Origin: a candidate division FCPU426 bacterium
Lineage (GTDB): Bacteria; Oederibacteriota; JAAXVQ01; JAUVAV01
Length of the DNA stretch: 27,908 nucleotides
Direction: 5' to 3'
NCBI GenBank assembly: GCA_030637655.1
Contig: DAOWGI010000033.1
Coordinates: forward strand, 1 to 27,908
Shown here: positions 6,551-17,192 of the stretch, in pieces
Position numbering within the stretch: position 1 is the stretch's first letter
Layout of the letters: every line of letters starts with the position of its first letter
Translations under genes and position numbers: made by a program
Notes under the pieces: generated by a model
What the model was told of the DNA's origin: nothing
Database searches by the model: none
The model's input: the letters and a program-made list of their open reading frames with translations, nothing else

Positions 6551-8731
6551 TTATTTTTTTAATACTGCCTCAAATTTACATACATTAAAACACTCGCCGC
6601 ATTTGATGCAGCGTGCTTGATCAATCTCGTGCGGTTTTCGGGCAGTGCCTTTGATGCACGTTACCGGACAGCGGCGGGCGCACAAAGTACAGCCAATACA
6701 TTTTTCCGGGTCAATTTCAAACCGGGTTAATTTAGAACACTTTTGGGTCGGGCAGCGCTTGTCCTGAATGTGTGTGATAAATTCTTCGCGAAAATATTTT
6801 AGGGCATTCAGGACAGGGTTGGGTGCGGTTTGACCCAATCCGCAGAGTGAAGTTTTCTTAATCAGCCGGCCAAGACGCTCCAATTTGTCAAGGTCTTCCA
6901 TGGTTCCGTGGCCGGCGGTAATACGTTCCAAAATTTCCAGCATACGCAAGGTGCCCTCACGGCAGGGGACGCATTTGCCGCAAGATTCATCCTGGGTAAA
7001 TTCAAGGAAGAATTTCGCGGTGGCAACCATGCAATCCTCATCATCCAGTACGATCATTCCTCCGGATCCCATGATGGATCCCACTTGTGTCAAAGAATCA
7101 TAATCAACCGGCGTGTCGATCAGGCCGGCCGGAATACAACCGCCGGAGGGACCGCCGGTCTGCACGGCTTTTAAGGTTCGGCCTGCTTCCACCCCGCCGC
7201 CGATATCATAAATGATTTCTCTAAGGGTGGTGCCCATGGGTACTTCCACTAATCCGGAATTTTTTATTTTTCCGGCCAAAGCAAAGACCTTAGTCCCTTT
7301 GCTTTTTTCAGTTCCGATACGGGCAAACCAGTCAGCTCCATGGCGCACGATTACCGGAACATTGGCCCAGGTCTCAACATTGTTGATCACCGTGGGATGA
7401 CCCCACAAGCCGCTTTGCGTGGGATAGGGAGGACGTAAACGGGGCTGGCCGCGTTTGCCCTCGATGGAATACATTAAAGCTGTCTCTTCGCCGCAGACAA
7501 ACGCGCCGGCACCGAGCCGGATTTCCAGATCAAAATTATATCCTGAACCCAGAATGTTTTCACCCAACAAATTGACTTGACAACATTGTTCGATCGCGTT
7601 TTCCAGACGTTTGATGGCCAGCGGGTATTCGGCACGCACATAAAGATAGCCTTTTTGCGCGCCAATGGCCAAGGCGCCAATGGCCATGCCGTGAATAATA
7701 CTGTACGGATCGCCTTCCAAAGTACTCCGGTCCATGAAAGCGCCCGGATCCCCCTCATCCGCGTTGCAGATCACAAAACGAACCGGGTCTGAGCTCGTAA
7801 TCGCGTCATTCCATTTGCGACCGGTTGGATATCCGCCGCCACCGCGGCCGCGCAGACCGGATTTTGAAATTTCGTCAATAATGGCTTGGGGATCATTTTT
7901 TTCTAAAACCAGAGCCAAAGCTTCAAATCCATCATTGGCAATATAATCCGCCAGAGACTCAGGATCAATAATTCCGCTGTTGCGCAAGGTAAGGCGGGTC
8001 TGTTTGTTAAAAAAGGCAACATCGCCGTAGAGTGAGAAGAAACGATTTATCAAAGGATCGATATCCGCCAACAGAGGTTTATAGACTTTGCCTTCAATAA
8101 AGTGGGAGGAAATAATTTTATCCAGTTCTTTCTCAGTGCTGAAGGCATACATCACTTTTTCCGGGAAGACCAGCATGCCCACGCGGCCGCCTTCTTCACC
8201 GGCTGAATATAATCCCAGACAGCCGCCATGAAAGGAGCGCACCGAACCTTCCGCCACGCCCCTGGTTTTCAAGCGTTCGTTAAAAATATTTTCCCACTTG
8301 GTCGGTAATTCCGTGGTTGCCGTGGAAAGGGAGGAAAAGGTGACCAGGCGGTTGTACAGATTTGAGGTTTTCTTGTCCAAAATAAGATCTACGACCGGTT
8401 GGCCCTGGAGTACATGCTGTTGGAAGATTTCCTGGACCTTGGGCACGGTAACCCGTTCATATTTGAACGGAAATTTATCCGGCACAAAAACACCCACAAT
8501 AGGTTCCTGGGAACAACGGCCGGTGCATCCGACCTGTTTGATGTGAATGTCCTTGCGGCCTGAAGCTTTTAACAGCTTTTCGAATTCAGCACGGACTTGC
8601 TGCGCGCCGGCGGCATTTTCGCAGGTTGCTGAACCGATTTGAATCACGGTTTTGCTGCCGGCCAAATACTGTTCGCGTTTTTGCAAGAGCTGTTGCTTGA
8701 TGTGATTGAATTGATCTAATATTTTTCCCAT
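6551..8731 (-). CDS. hydB: [FeFe]-hydrogenase diaphorase subunit (NuoF/HydB/HndC-like) with an extra N-terminal thioredoxin-like ferredoxin domain
   Basis: SGLRGRGGGGYPTG, NADEGDPGAFMDR, GAGAFVCGEETAL, GGPSGG, ESCGKCVPCREG and a C-terminal 2x[4Fe-4S] domain; start at ATG 8731 after AAGGTG. Confidence 0.93.
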   Translation of the reverse strand: MGKILDQFNHIKQQLLQKREQYLAGSKTVIQIGSATCENAAGAQQVRAEFEKLLKASGRKDIHIKQVGCTGRCSQEPIVGVFVPDKFPFKYERVTVPKVQEIFQQHVLQGQPVVDLILDKKTSNLYNRLVTFSSLSTATTELPTKWENIFNERLKTRGVAEGSVRSFHGGCLGLYSAGEEGGRVGMLVFPEKVMYAFSTEKELDKIISSHFIEGKVYKPLLADIDPLINRFFSLYGDVAFFNKQTRLTLRNSGIIDPESLADYIANDGFEALALVLEKNDPQAIIDEISKSGLRGRGGGGYPTGRKWNDAITSSDPVRFVICNADEGDPGAFMDRSTLEGDPYSIIHGMAIGALAIGAQKGYLYVRAEYPLAIKRLENAIEQCCQVNLLGENILGSGYNFDLEIRLGAGAFVCGEETALMYSIEGKRGQPRLRPPYPTQSGLWGHPTVINNVETWANVPVIVRHGADWFARIGTEKSKGTKVFALAGKIKNSGLVEVPMGTTLREIIYDIGGGVEAGRTLKAVQTGGPSGGCIPAGLIDTPVDYDSLTQVGSIMGSGGMIVLDDEDCMVATAKFFLEFTQDESCGKCVPCREGTLRMLEILERITAGHGTMEDLDKLERLGRLIKKTSLCGLGQTAPNPVLNALKYFREEFITHIQDKRCPTQKCSKLTRFEIDPEKCIGCTLCARRCPVTCIKGTARKPHEIDQARCIKCGECFNVCKFEAVLKK

Positions 8732-8802
8732 AGGTGTCACCTTTTTATGGCTGCATTTGCTCAGAGCGGAATACATATCTTCTAAGGCTGGGCTCTCAGG
8801 CT

Positions 8803-8847
8803 GGAAAAGAAAATGTCAGGAACGATCCCTTTAAGGATCGTTCCTGA
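8803..8847 (-). terminator. Rho-independent terminator after fba
   Basis: 13-bp stem TCAGGAACGATCC/GGATCGTTCCTGA (8816-8847) followed on the minus strand by CATTTTCTTTT. Confidence 0.75.
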
Positions 8848-8859
8848 TGCCAAACAGTC

Positions 8860-9888
<1,029 letters not shown>

Positions 9889-9901
9889 TTAAAAGTAACA
9901 T

Positions 9902-10154
9902 GGCAGATTGTAACTCATATTGCAACATACCTGATCTTGGTAAAAAAGGTTTTTTCTTTAAAGTTCGTCACCCCGGAACGATTTTATCCGGGGTCCAGTA
10001 AATCCTTCGTTTGTAAGTAGTCGTCCTGGATCCCGGCTAAAGGATTGCCGGGATGACGACCTAAAAAGACCTTAAAATCAGTATTGTGATTCAGCGTCTG
10101 TTATTAGGTTCAATGACAACTTAATAACTGTTGCACTTGTGATTACAATTCACC
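9902..10154 (-). mobile_element. MITE-like element, family A copy 2 (26-bp ends, perfect 15-bp TSD)
   Basis: Same two ends as 3441-3704 in inverted orientation; AGTTAAAAGTAACAT is duplicated at 9887-9901 and 10155-10169; internal GTCACCCCGG-type core at 9966-10058. Confidence 0.88.
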
Positions 10155-10162
10155 AGTTAAAA

Positions 10163-10342
10163 GTAACATGTCAGTGAACTAATGGAAAGAAAATTAACCG
10201 CCGATAAACACCGATAAATACAGATTAAAATTTTTTTTATCTCTTAAGCTACAAATATCTGCGTCTATCTGCGTTCATCGGCGGTTAAATTTTGGTTCCG
10301 GTTTATCCGGATTAGGTTTTTCCCGCTTCACTGACATATTAC
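10163..10342. mobile_element. MITE-like element with 16-bp TIR and 8-bp TSD
   Basis: GTAACATGTCAGTGAA (10163-10178) vs TTCACTGACATATTAC (10327-10342), 15/16 complementary; flanks AGTTAAAA / AGTCAAAA; internal inverted-repeat core TTAACCGCCGAT...ATCGGCGGTTAA at 10194-10288. Confidence 0.72.
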
Positions 10343-10417
10343 AGTCAAAACTGCTTTTTACCGTAACTGGTTTATATAATATGGAAGTTATAATTCCCCT
10401 GTTTAGGAGGGATTATT

Positions 10418-13213
10418 ATGCGAAGAATCATTTTTATCGGACTAGGCTTGTTTTTGCCGGTTTTTTCTCTTTTTGCCTCCGGTCCGGCCACAGCAGTATC
10501 GCTTGAGCAGTATTTTGTGTCTAATAGGGGTTATGACCTTAATGACGGATTAACTGTTGCTACGGCCTTTGGCAGTGTGACCCGAGTCGTTGCCGCCTTG
10601 GATACGCTGGATAATTCAGGAAGCACTCTTAAGGTCCAGGTGATACTGGAGACCGGGACTTACAATACAACCGCTTTAAACCTGAAATATAACAGTCTTG
10701 CGGCTTTGGAATTTTATGGGGATATAACCGGATTCTGGTTTGGTTCAACCGGAGAGATTCAGATACTCAACCACGATTCCAATACCCAGAATTATCTGCT
10801 CCGAATAGAAAATGGTGTAACTCCGATTGTTTTTAAAACCATATATTTTTACACCCTAAATACTAATATGTTGCAGACTATGATTGATATTCAAAATAGC
10901 CGTGATATCACGTTTAACCATTGTAAGATCGTGTACATGTCAACCACAATATCCTATACGCTGCAAAGTCTTGTGAAGATCAGTGGCAGTCAAAATGTTA
11001 ATTTCAACCAAACCCGGATTGGAATTGAGGATAATTCAGGGATGGTAACCACTGCTGTCCGGAATATCTGGGCGAACAACAGTTCGGAGGTGTTGTTTGA
11101 TCATGTGATTATTGATGCCTGGCATCCGACCGGTTTGCCTTTCCCTCCACCCACACCGGATGTCCTGGTTTACCTGACGCAGACTAATAATGCTGTTTTT
11201 GCTGGATGCGATCTGTATTCGCACAATGACGATGCTGTTGTGCATGGTTTTGAGCTGGCGCCGGATTCTGCCAATACCCGGATTGAGAGCTGCGGGGTTT
11301 CACGTACGACGTATGCGGTGCTGATGGACAATTGCTGGACAGCCGGAATTCAGAACAATGTGCTGGCCAATAGCAGTGTGGGTATTTATGCGGACAATGC
11401 CAGGAACTGTCAAATTAGTAACAATCTGATACGTAACCATTGGCAGACCGGAGTACGCCTGATCGATCAATGCCAGGATACAGTATTCTTTAATAATATC
11501 GTGACAAATAACGGCGGATCAACCGGACCGCAGATCGCGTTTTCGATTTCTGATCCTGCGCAGATAGGCGAATCCCTGGCCTGGCAGAGCGGCTATAACT
11601 TAATCTTGCCCAATACCGGGCAGCTGTTTGCCGAACATCAACCCCTGCCGTACGCTACAGCCACACCAGTACCCATACACAATCTCAAACAATGGATCGA
11701 GCAGACCGGGCAGGATGATTTTGGGGGGAGTATCTGTTATCCGGTGGCTTTTGCCACACCAGAGCTTATTGAACCCAACTGGGGTGAAGAAAGTTGGGGA
11801 CATGGGACTGTAAATTTTGTCGGCCGTCCGGCAGCAGCTAAAGATTACTATAATCAACTCCGTCCGTTTTCCGGTGAAACCACCGCGGACCTCGGGTGTA
11901 TCGAACGTTTGGATGCCATTGGTGCGTATCATCACTTTGCCCTGCAACCGGATACAACCGTGGCCGGGATAGGAAACACAATCGCAGTAAAGGTTGAATT
12001 CCGTAATAGCCAAAATCAACAGATCGCCGACCAACCGGATTACCGCTTGTATTTCTATCTGCAAAACGGCAGCCTGCCTTTCAATGTAGAAAGCACGGGT
12101 ATTATCCAATCGCCTGATTATGCGCTGCAAGCTGCCGATTCGGCGGGTTTGTATTATGTGGATGCCAACAGTTTTACCGCAGAGGTGACCTCTTTTCGGC
12201 TGGAAGTGGCGCGGCATGATCTGGATTCCAGGGAGGTTACCTTCCGGCTAAGGGTGATAGAGTGGGAAGATTGGGACAATACAACTTCCCTGGCATATGG
12301 TGGACGGACGGATGATGCTTCAGCGCAACTGCGCTGGATTTCCGGGGCATCGGCACAAAACAGCCGGATTACGGCTTCTACGTCCCCGGTCCTGGCCTCA
12401 GGTGCTGTGGAAGATTATTTTTTGCTCAAAATAACCGCACAGGATTCTGACGGCAATCCGATAGGTGGTTTGAAATTTCCGGACTTTGTGTTTAAAATTA
12501 CCGGTGGAAAGTATGATTTGGATGCTTTGACATTTGCTGAGGATTTGTTTCAGCCGGGAACCTATCAAATCGAATTACGAAGCACGGAGGTAGGAGTCAG
12601 GACCATAGAGGTAACGGTATTGGAGACTGCCTTGCCTGCTTTGCAAGTTATTTTTCAGCCGGGTATTTATGGGGTTGTGACAGCTCAAGATACCGGCCAG
12701 GGCCTGTCGGATATACGAATTACACTCACAGCGCCGGACAACACACAGGTTGGCGCGACAGTTACAGATGCCCAAGGGAGATATCGCATTGCTTTGAGCG
12801 CTGTGGATACAGGGACCTACCAAATAACCGCTGTAGATCCGTCGGAAAGGTATGTGCGTCAGAAGCTGCATATTACCATTCCATCCGATACCTCCGGATA
12901 TCAGGCCATGGTCATGAACAATGACCGGCCGGGCAAGATCGAGGCATATGGTTATCCCAATCCGGCGCAGCGCGGCTCTGCCATAAATATAATGTACAAT
13001 GTTCCACGTTCCGGACATTGTAAGCTGGAAGTCTTTGATATGCGCGGCAGACGTCTGATCACACTGTTGGATGAGCGCATACCGGCCGGGCCAGGAACTG
13101 TGGTCTGGGATGCTTTGAATCGTTTTGATAAACAGCCGGCCCCGGGTACTTATGTAGTAGTGCTGCGTTTGGATTCAGACACCCAGACGTGGAAATTGGT
13201 GATAGCGCCGTAG
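10418..13213 (+). CDS. Secreted right-handed beta-helix protein with Ig-like/invasin and carboxypeptidase-regulatory-like domains and a C-terminal T9SS-type/FlgD-Ig sorting domain
   Basis: AGGAGG RBS; signal peptide; parallel beta-helix repeats (NNLIRN, NNIVTNN); ITAQDSDGNPIGG; TVTDAQGRYRI; C-terminus YPNP...VFDMRGR...WD...PGTYVVVL...KLVI. Confidence 0.8.
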   Translation: MRRIIFIGLGLFLPVFSLFASGPATAVSLEQYFVSNRGYDLNDGLTVATAFGSVTRVVAALDTLDNSGSTLKVQVILETGTYNTTALNLKYNSLAALEFYGDITGFWFGSTGEIQILNHDSNTQNYLLRIENGVTPIVFKTIYFYTLNTNMLQTMIDIQNSRDITFNHCKIVYMSTTISYTLQSLVKISGSQNVNFNQTRIGIEDNSGMVTTAVRNIWANNSSEVLFDHVIIDAWHPTGLPFPPPTPDVLVYLTQTNNAVFAGCDLYSHNDDAVVHGFELAPDSANTRIESCGVSRTTYAVLMDNCWTAGIQNNVLANSSVGIYADNARNCQISNNLIRNHWQTGVRLIDQCQDTVFFNNIVTNNGGSTGPQIAFSISDPAQIGESLAWQSGYNLILPNTGQLFAEHQPLPYATATPVPIHNLKQWIEQTGQDDFGGSICYPVAFATPELIEPNWGEESWGHGTVNFVGRPAAAKDYYNQLRPFSGETTADLGCIERLDAIGAYHHFALQPDTTVAGIGNTIAVKVEFRNSQNQQIADQPDYRLYFYLQNGSLPFNVESTGIIQSPDYALQAADSAGLYYVDANSFTAEVTSFRLEVARHDLDSREVTFRLRVIEWEDWDNTTSLAYGGRTDDASAQLRWISGASAQNSRITASTSPVLASGAVEDYFLLKITAQDSDGNPIGGLKFPDFVFKITGGKYDLDALTFAEDLFQPGTYQIELRSTEVGVRTIEVTVLETALPALQVIFQPGIYGVVTAQDTGQGLSDIRITLTAPDNTQVGATVTDAQGRYRIALSAVDTGTYQITAVDPSERYVRQKLHITIPSDTSGYQAMVMNNDRPGKIEAYGYPNPAQRGSAINIMYNVPRSGHCKLEVFDMRGRRLITLLDERIPAGPGTVVWDALNRFDKQPAPGTYVVVLRLDSDTQTWKLVIAP

Positions 13214-13290
13214 GGGCGCACTGAGTGCGCCCGTTAAACGCCCCTTGGTTTGCCCCTATTCGTTAACGGGCGCACTCAGTGCGCCCCTAC
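13210..13290. repeat. REPIN-like inverted pair of GTAG REPs
   Basis: GTAGGGGCGCACTGAGTGCGCCCGTTAA (13210-13237) and its exact reverse complement (13263-13290); the first copy supplies the TAG stop of the upstream gene. Confidence 0.92.
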
Positions 13291-13328
13291 GGTGTTATTG
13301 TTTTTGAATTTAATTAAAGGACTACTGC

Positions 13329-15266
13329 ATGTTACGACGAGTATTAGCTACATTATTAATTTTGCTTTCTGTCCTTTCCCTGGCGCAGGCCTATCCTTTG
13401 CAAGAGGTAGGGACCTCTGCGGCAATACTGCTTACTCAACCCGGGTCATCGCGTTTGTTGGCCATGGGAACCGGCGGGACCGGAGCTGCTCAGGGCCAGG
13501 AAGGTTTGTGGTGGAATCCGGCAGCTTTGGCACGCTATCCTTATTTTAATGTGGAGCTGTCTTTCCGGCAGCACTGGGTGGATACAGAGATCGGTTATTT
13601 CGGCACCTCGATTTCCACTCCCTGGGGCACGCTGGGATTAGGCAGTATCTACTCGCAGACCACAGGCATTGAAGGATACGATATAGCCGGTAATCCTACC
13701 GGACAGTTTGCTACGCGGGATATGAGTTTTAAATTTGGATATGCCTATTCGTTCGATACGCTATTTCTAGGCGCTGCGGTGAATTACATCAGTCAGGATT
13801 TTCATTTCAGCCGGGTAAGCGGCCTGGCCGGCGATGTAGGGATAGTCTGGGAGTTTCATCCTGGAATATCTTTAGGAGCAGCTGCCATGCACATTGGCAA
13901 GACTGAACTGGGAGATCCTTTTGGCATGGAGATCCGCTACGGGTTTAATGCCAAAGTTTTCACGAATATGAACTTGGCTTATGATTTAGTATTACCACGC
14001 GATAATGAAATATACCTGGCCGGTGGTGCAGAGTGGTTTATAGCGGATTTCTTTTCCTTGCGCGCCGGCTGGCGGAGCGGACCGGGAATTCCTTCCCAGC
14101 TTGGCCAATTAGCCGGTTTTTCCGCAGGTGTGGGGTTTGCTTGGAACGATTTTTTCTTGGATTATGTGTTTGAACCCTCTGGTGTGTTAGAGCATGCGCA
14201 TCATGTCAGCTTTGGTTATCGGTTTACTGAAAAGCCGCCTAAACCCACACCTACAGCCACAGCCTTTGTGCCTGCTGAACCACGCTTGAAAATTGAAACC
14301 CGGAAATATGAAGGCAAGATGGTTTTTATACCCAAAGCTACGAAAAAAGATTTTGCTGTGAAAGAATTCTGCTTCAAGATTAAAGACCAGGATGGCAAGG
14401 TGATCCGGACTTTTAATTACGCAGGTAAAGCCATACCCCGCCAAATGGTCTGGGACGGTACTGATGAGCAAGGACGAAAAGTCAAGCAGGCCGATTTCTC
14501 CTTTGCCTTTGAGTATATCACGGAAAAAGGGGTAAAGACCGTGATTCAGGCCTGGCCGACAGTAGATCCGGTTCTAAAACTGTGGTTTGAAAAGGGCGGC
14601 GAGGGTGTGTCCGCGCAAGCTGCTTTTCGTTTTCACGGACCCTTGGCTGAGGTGAAGTCCTGGCGCTTGAGCATAACCGGGCAAGATACCAATCAGGTGG
14701 TAAAAATCTTTGCCGCGAAAAAGGCATTGCCAAAAATCATTGTCTGGGATGGTAAAGATCTGCAAGGCCGCTGGGCGGCAGTCAATAAAAAATATAAGTA
14801 TCAGCTCGCGCTGATTGGGAAAAATGGAGCTAAAGCAATCCTGCAAGACAATATTATTGCTATTCCAGCCAGAACACTGACTCCGAAAAAAGGAAAAATC
14901 CGTTTTAAGATTTTGGAGATTCTTTTTAATTTTAATGATGCGCATCTGTCCGCGAAGATGGGAGATAAAATTAAAAAAGCAGTGGAAATCCATCAGACCT
15001 ATGGACAAAAAGCAAAGATTGAAATTCAGGGGCATGCGGATGATGTGGGAAGCGCGTGGGCCAATCACAATGTCAGCCGCAAACGCGCTTTAGAAGTAAA
15101 AGCGCATATGCGGGGATTGGGAATTCCGGCGGCTTGGGAATTGAAGATTGCGGGTTATGGAAACGAACAGCCGCTGCTACGCAGCCGGAAAGAATCCGTG
15201 CGCGCCAGGAACCGCCGGGTAGAGATTGAGATCGAAATTCCTATTCCCACGAAGCAACAAAAATAG
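13329..15266 (+). CDS. PorV/PorQ-family beta-barrel fused to two FlgD-Ig-like domains and a C-terminal OmpA peptidoglycan-binding domain
   Basis: N-terminal SRLLAMG...WNPAALA...GGAEW...SLRAG...HHVSFGYRF; PT linker; two WDG(T/K)D motifs; ILFNF...IQGHADDVG...KRA...GYG...NRRVEI. Confidence 0.85.
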   Translation: MLRRVLATLLILLSVLSLAQAYPLQEVGTSAAILLTQPGSSRLLAMGTGGTGAAQGQEGLWWNPAALARYPYFNVELSFRQHWVDTEIGYFGTSISTPWGTLGLGSIYSQTTGIEGYDIAGNPTGQFATRDMSFKFGYAYSFDTLFLGAAVNYISQDFHFSRVSGLAGDVGIVWEFHPGISLGAAAMHIGKTELGDPFGMEIRYGFNAKVFTNMNLAYDLVLPRDNEIYLAGGAEWFIADFFSLRAGWRSGPGIPSQLGQLAGFSAGVGFAWNDFFLDYVFEPSGVLEHAHHVSFGYRFTEKPPKPTPTATAFVPAEPRLKIETRKYEGKMVFIPKATKKDFAVKEFCFKIKDQDGKVIRTFNYAGKAIPRQMVWDGTDEQGRKVKQADFSFAFEYITEKGVKTVIQAWPTVDPVLKLWFEKGGEGVSAQAAFRFHGPLAEVKSWRLSITGQDTNQVVKIFAAKKALPKIIVWDGKDLQGRWAAVNKKYKYQLALIGKNGAKAILQDNIIAIPARTLTPKKGKIRFKILEILFNFNDAHLSAKMGDKIKKAVEIHQTYGQKAKIEIQGHADDVGSAWANHNVSRKRALEVKAHMRGLGIPAAWELKIAGYGNEQPLLRSRKESVRARNRRVEIEIEIPIPTKQQK

Positions 15267-15331
15267 AGTTGATTCTCGCCGGGACTCTTGCCATAATCAA
15301 ATGATTACAGGAATAAAAACAGAATAAAAAC

Positions 15332-15436
15332 GTAGGGGCGAACCTTGCCTGTGCCCGTCTTTTGGGTATGTTCGCCCGTGAAGGGGCAGCTTCACGGGTC
15401 TGCCCATCGTAGGGGCGCACTGAGTGCGCCCGTTAA
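15332..15436 (+). repeat. Cluster of three GTAG-type REPs
   Basis: Units at 15332-15378 (with a loop insert), about 15378-15405 (degenerate) and 15409-15436 (consensus). Confidence 0.85.
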
Positions 15437-15494
15437 TCGGCCATGGAAACCCACTGGAAACGCCGGCTAAAAACATTGGAGGCAGTATTAAATC

Positions 15495-16424
15495 ATGAGT
15501 AAAAATATATTACTGGTTTTGATTTGTCTGTCCATGCTGGGCATGACTTTGGAAGTTTTGGCCGGTTCCGGCCTGAGCGCAGCGCAGGTATTATTGCAGC
15601 AAAACGGTGCCCGGCCGGCCGGCCGGGGTGGAGCTTTTGCCGCAGCCTCACAAGACATCTACGCGATTCATGTGAATCCGGCCGGAGCGCATGATATTGA
15701 AAAAATGGAAATTATGCTTATGCACGTGGCCGGGTTTGAGGGTTTGTCCACAGAATATTTGGTTGGCGCGGTTCCTTTGCCGGACTTGGGAACCGTAGGA
15801 CTCCAATTTTTATATCGCTCACAGCCTGCCATTGACAACAATGTTCCTGGTGAGTCTGCGGTAAACGTTAAAGATATGATTTACGGATTGACTTTTGCCC
15901 GTTCTCTAATGGCCGGATTCAGTATAGGCGTGAATGTCAAGCTGCTGGTCTTACAGTTGGGTCCGGTGGATGCTTCGGCCTTCTCGTTGGATTTGGGCAC
16001 GCAATACAAACTCAATGACCAATTTACTTTTGGTTTAACTATGCGCAATCTGGGAACTCCGATCATGTTTCGCTCGGAAGAGGATCCTTTGCCTGCCACA
16101 CTGGTGGTGGGCGCGAATTATGTGGTGTACAATAAAGCCCAACATAAGTTGGTCACGGCTTTGGATATGGATTATCTGATACCCGAAGAAAATACAACTT
16201 TGCATGTTGGCGTTGAGTATTGGTTCCAACGCTTGCTGGCCCTGCGTGCGGGGTATGTGTATTCAGCGCGGAAAAGCGTACGCGGCCCGGCAGTAGGTGT
16301 GGGGTTTCGTTTCCAGGCCGGAGATAAAGTGGATCTGGTATTGGACTACACGCTTTTGCCGCAATTTTGGGAAGATGAGGATTTTGAGATCGAGAATCTT
16401 TTCACCTTCAGCGTTAAATTCTGA
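15495..16424 (+). CDS. PorV/PorQ-family (UPF0164-like) outer-membrane protein
   Basis: GARPAGRGGAFAA...VNPAG, DLG, RNLG, GVEYW, ALRAGY motifs and a terminal Phe; GGAGG RBS. Confidence 0.85.
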   Translation: MSKNILLVLICLSMLGMTLEVLAGSGLSAAQVLLQQNGARPAGRGGAFAAASQDIYAIHVNPAGAHDIEKMEIMLMHVAGFEGLSTEYLVGAVPLPDLGTVGLQFLYRSQPAIDNNVPGESAVNVKDMIYGLTFARSLMAGFSIGVNVKLLVLQLGPVDASAFSLDLGTQYKLNDQFTFGLTMRNLGTPIMFRSEEDPLPATLVVGANYVVYNKAQHKLVTALDMDYLIPEENTTLHVGVEYWFQRLLALRAGYVYSARKSVRGPAVGVGFRFQAGDKVDLVLDYTLLPQFWEDEDFEIENLFTFSVKF

Positions 16425-16429
16425 AAAGG

Positions 16430-16548
16430 CAGAATACAGAATACAGAAGAAGATCAAAACCGTAGGGGCGGATCCACTTGTCCTGAGCGAAGTCGAAGAA
16501 TGTATCCGCCCTTGAAAAAAACCGTAGGGGCGCACTGAGTGCGCCCGT
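16430..16548 (+). repeat. CAGAATA heptamer repeats followed by two GTAG REPs
   Basis: CAGAATACAGAATACAGAA, then a REP at 16462-16511 with a loop insert and a consensus REP at 16524-16548. Confidence 0.85.
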
Positions 16549-16571
16549 AAAACAATAACCTGGAGCGTACT

Positions 16572-17192
16572 GTGAAATCGGACGGTTGGATTGAACGCGC
16601 AATAAAAAACACCCAACGTACTTTGGATGTGATTGCCAACCCTGGAAAACTGTTTGCAGAACTCTCGGATTCTCAAGATACAAGTGTTTCCTGGTCTGCT
16701 TTAATTATAACTTCATTATTATTCTCAATCACTACCTTGATTGCGTACTCACATAATATTCCTTTTTCGGTTGAACCAATTTTAGCTGTCTCAAATTATC
16801 GGATTTTACAAGCGCTGCTGATGCCTGTGATTCTTGGGCTTGGTTGGCTGATTTGCAGTATGATTGCTATGGTCTTAAATGTAATCTTGCGAGGCCGCAC
16901 TGGCTTGCCAAGAATAATGGCTGTAAGCGCGCCGGCTATTTTTGTTCCTATGTGGATTATGCTGTGGCCTACGGAATTGGCAGTATCGCTTGGAATTTTG
17001 AATCCCAATGTTACCGGCTTGCCGGGCATATGGGCCAAACACATTATGCCTGCGCTTACTTTTATATATACCTTAGCTATGTTGTGGTTGGCGTATTGGC
17101 AAGCCTTTCGTTTGCTGTTAAGAGAGGCTTTTGCCTTAGCGGTATTATCACTCATTCCAACTTTGGGATTTTATTCACTCTGGCTCAGATAA
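16572..17192 (+). CDS. Yip1-like multi-pass membrane protein
   Basis: N-terminal VIANPGKLFAEL motif followed by about 5 hydrophobic segments; GTG start after TGGAG. Confidence 0.6.
   Translation: MKSDGWIERAIKNTQRTLDVIANPGKLFAELSDSQDTSVSWSALIITSLLFSITTLIAYSHNIPFSVEPILAVSNYRILQALLMPVILGLGWLICSMIAMVLNVILRGRTGLPRIMAVSAPAIFVPMWIMLWPTELAVSLGILNPNVTGLPGIWAKHIMPALTFIYTLAMLWLAYWQAFRLLLREAFALAVLSLIPTLGFYSLWLR

Noticed and set aside
4134-8731. Respiratory complex I nuoEFG
   Set aside because: The large subunit has all three H-cluster motifs, and no membrane nuo genes are adjacent.
13250-13549. 99-aa ORF and similar REP-spanning ORFs at 16263-16683
   Set aside because: They are read-throughs of REP sequence (GRTQCAPT) overlapping real genes in another frame or strand.
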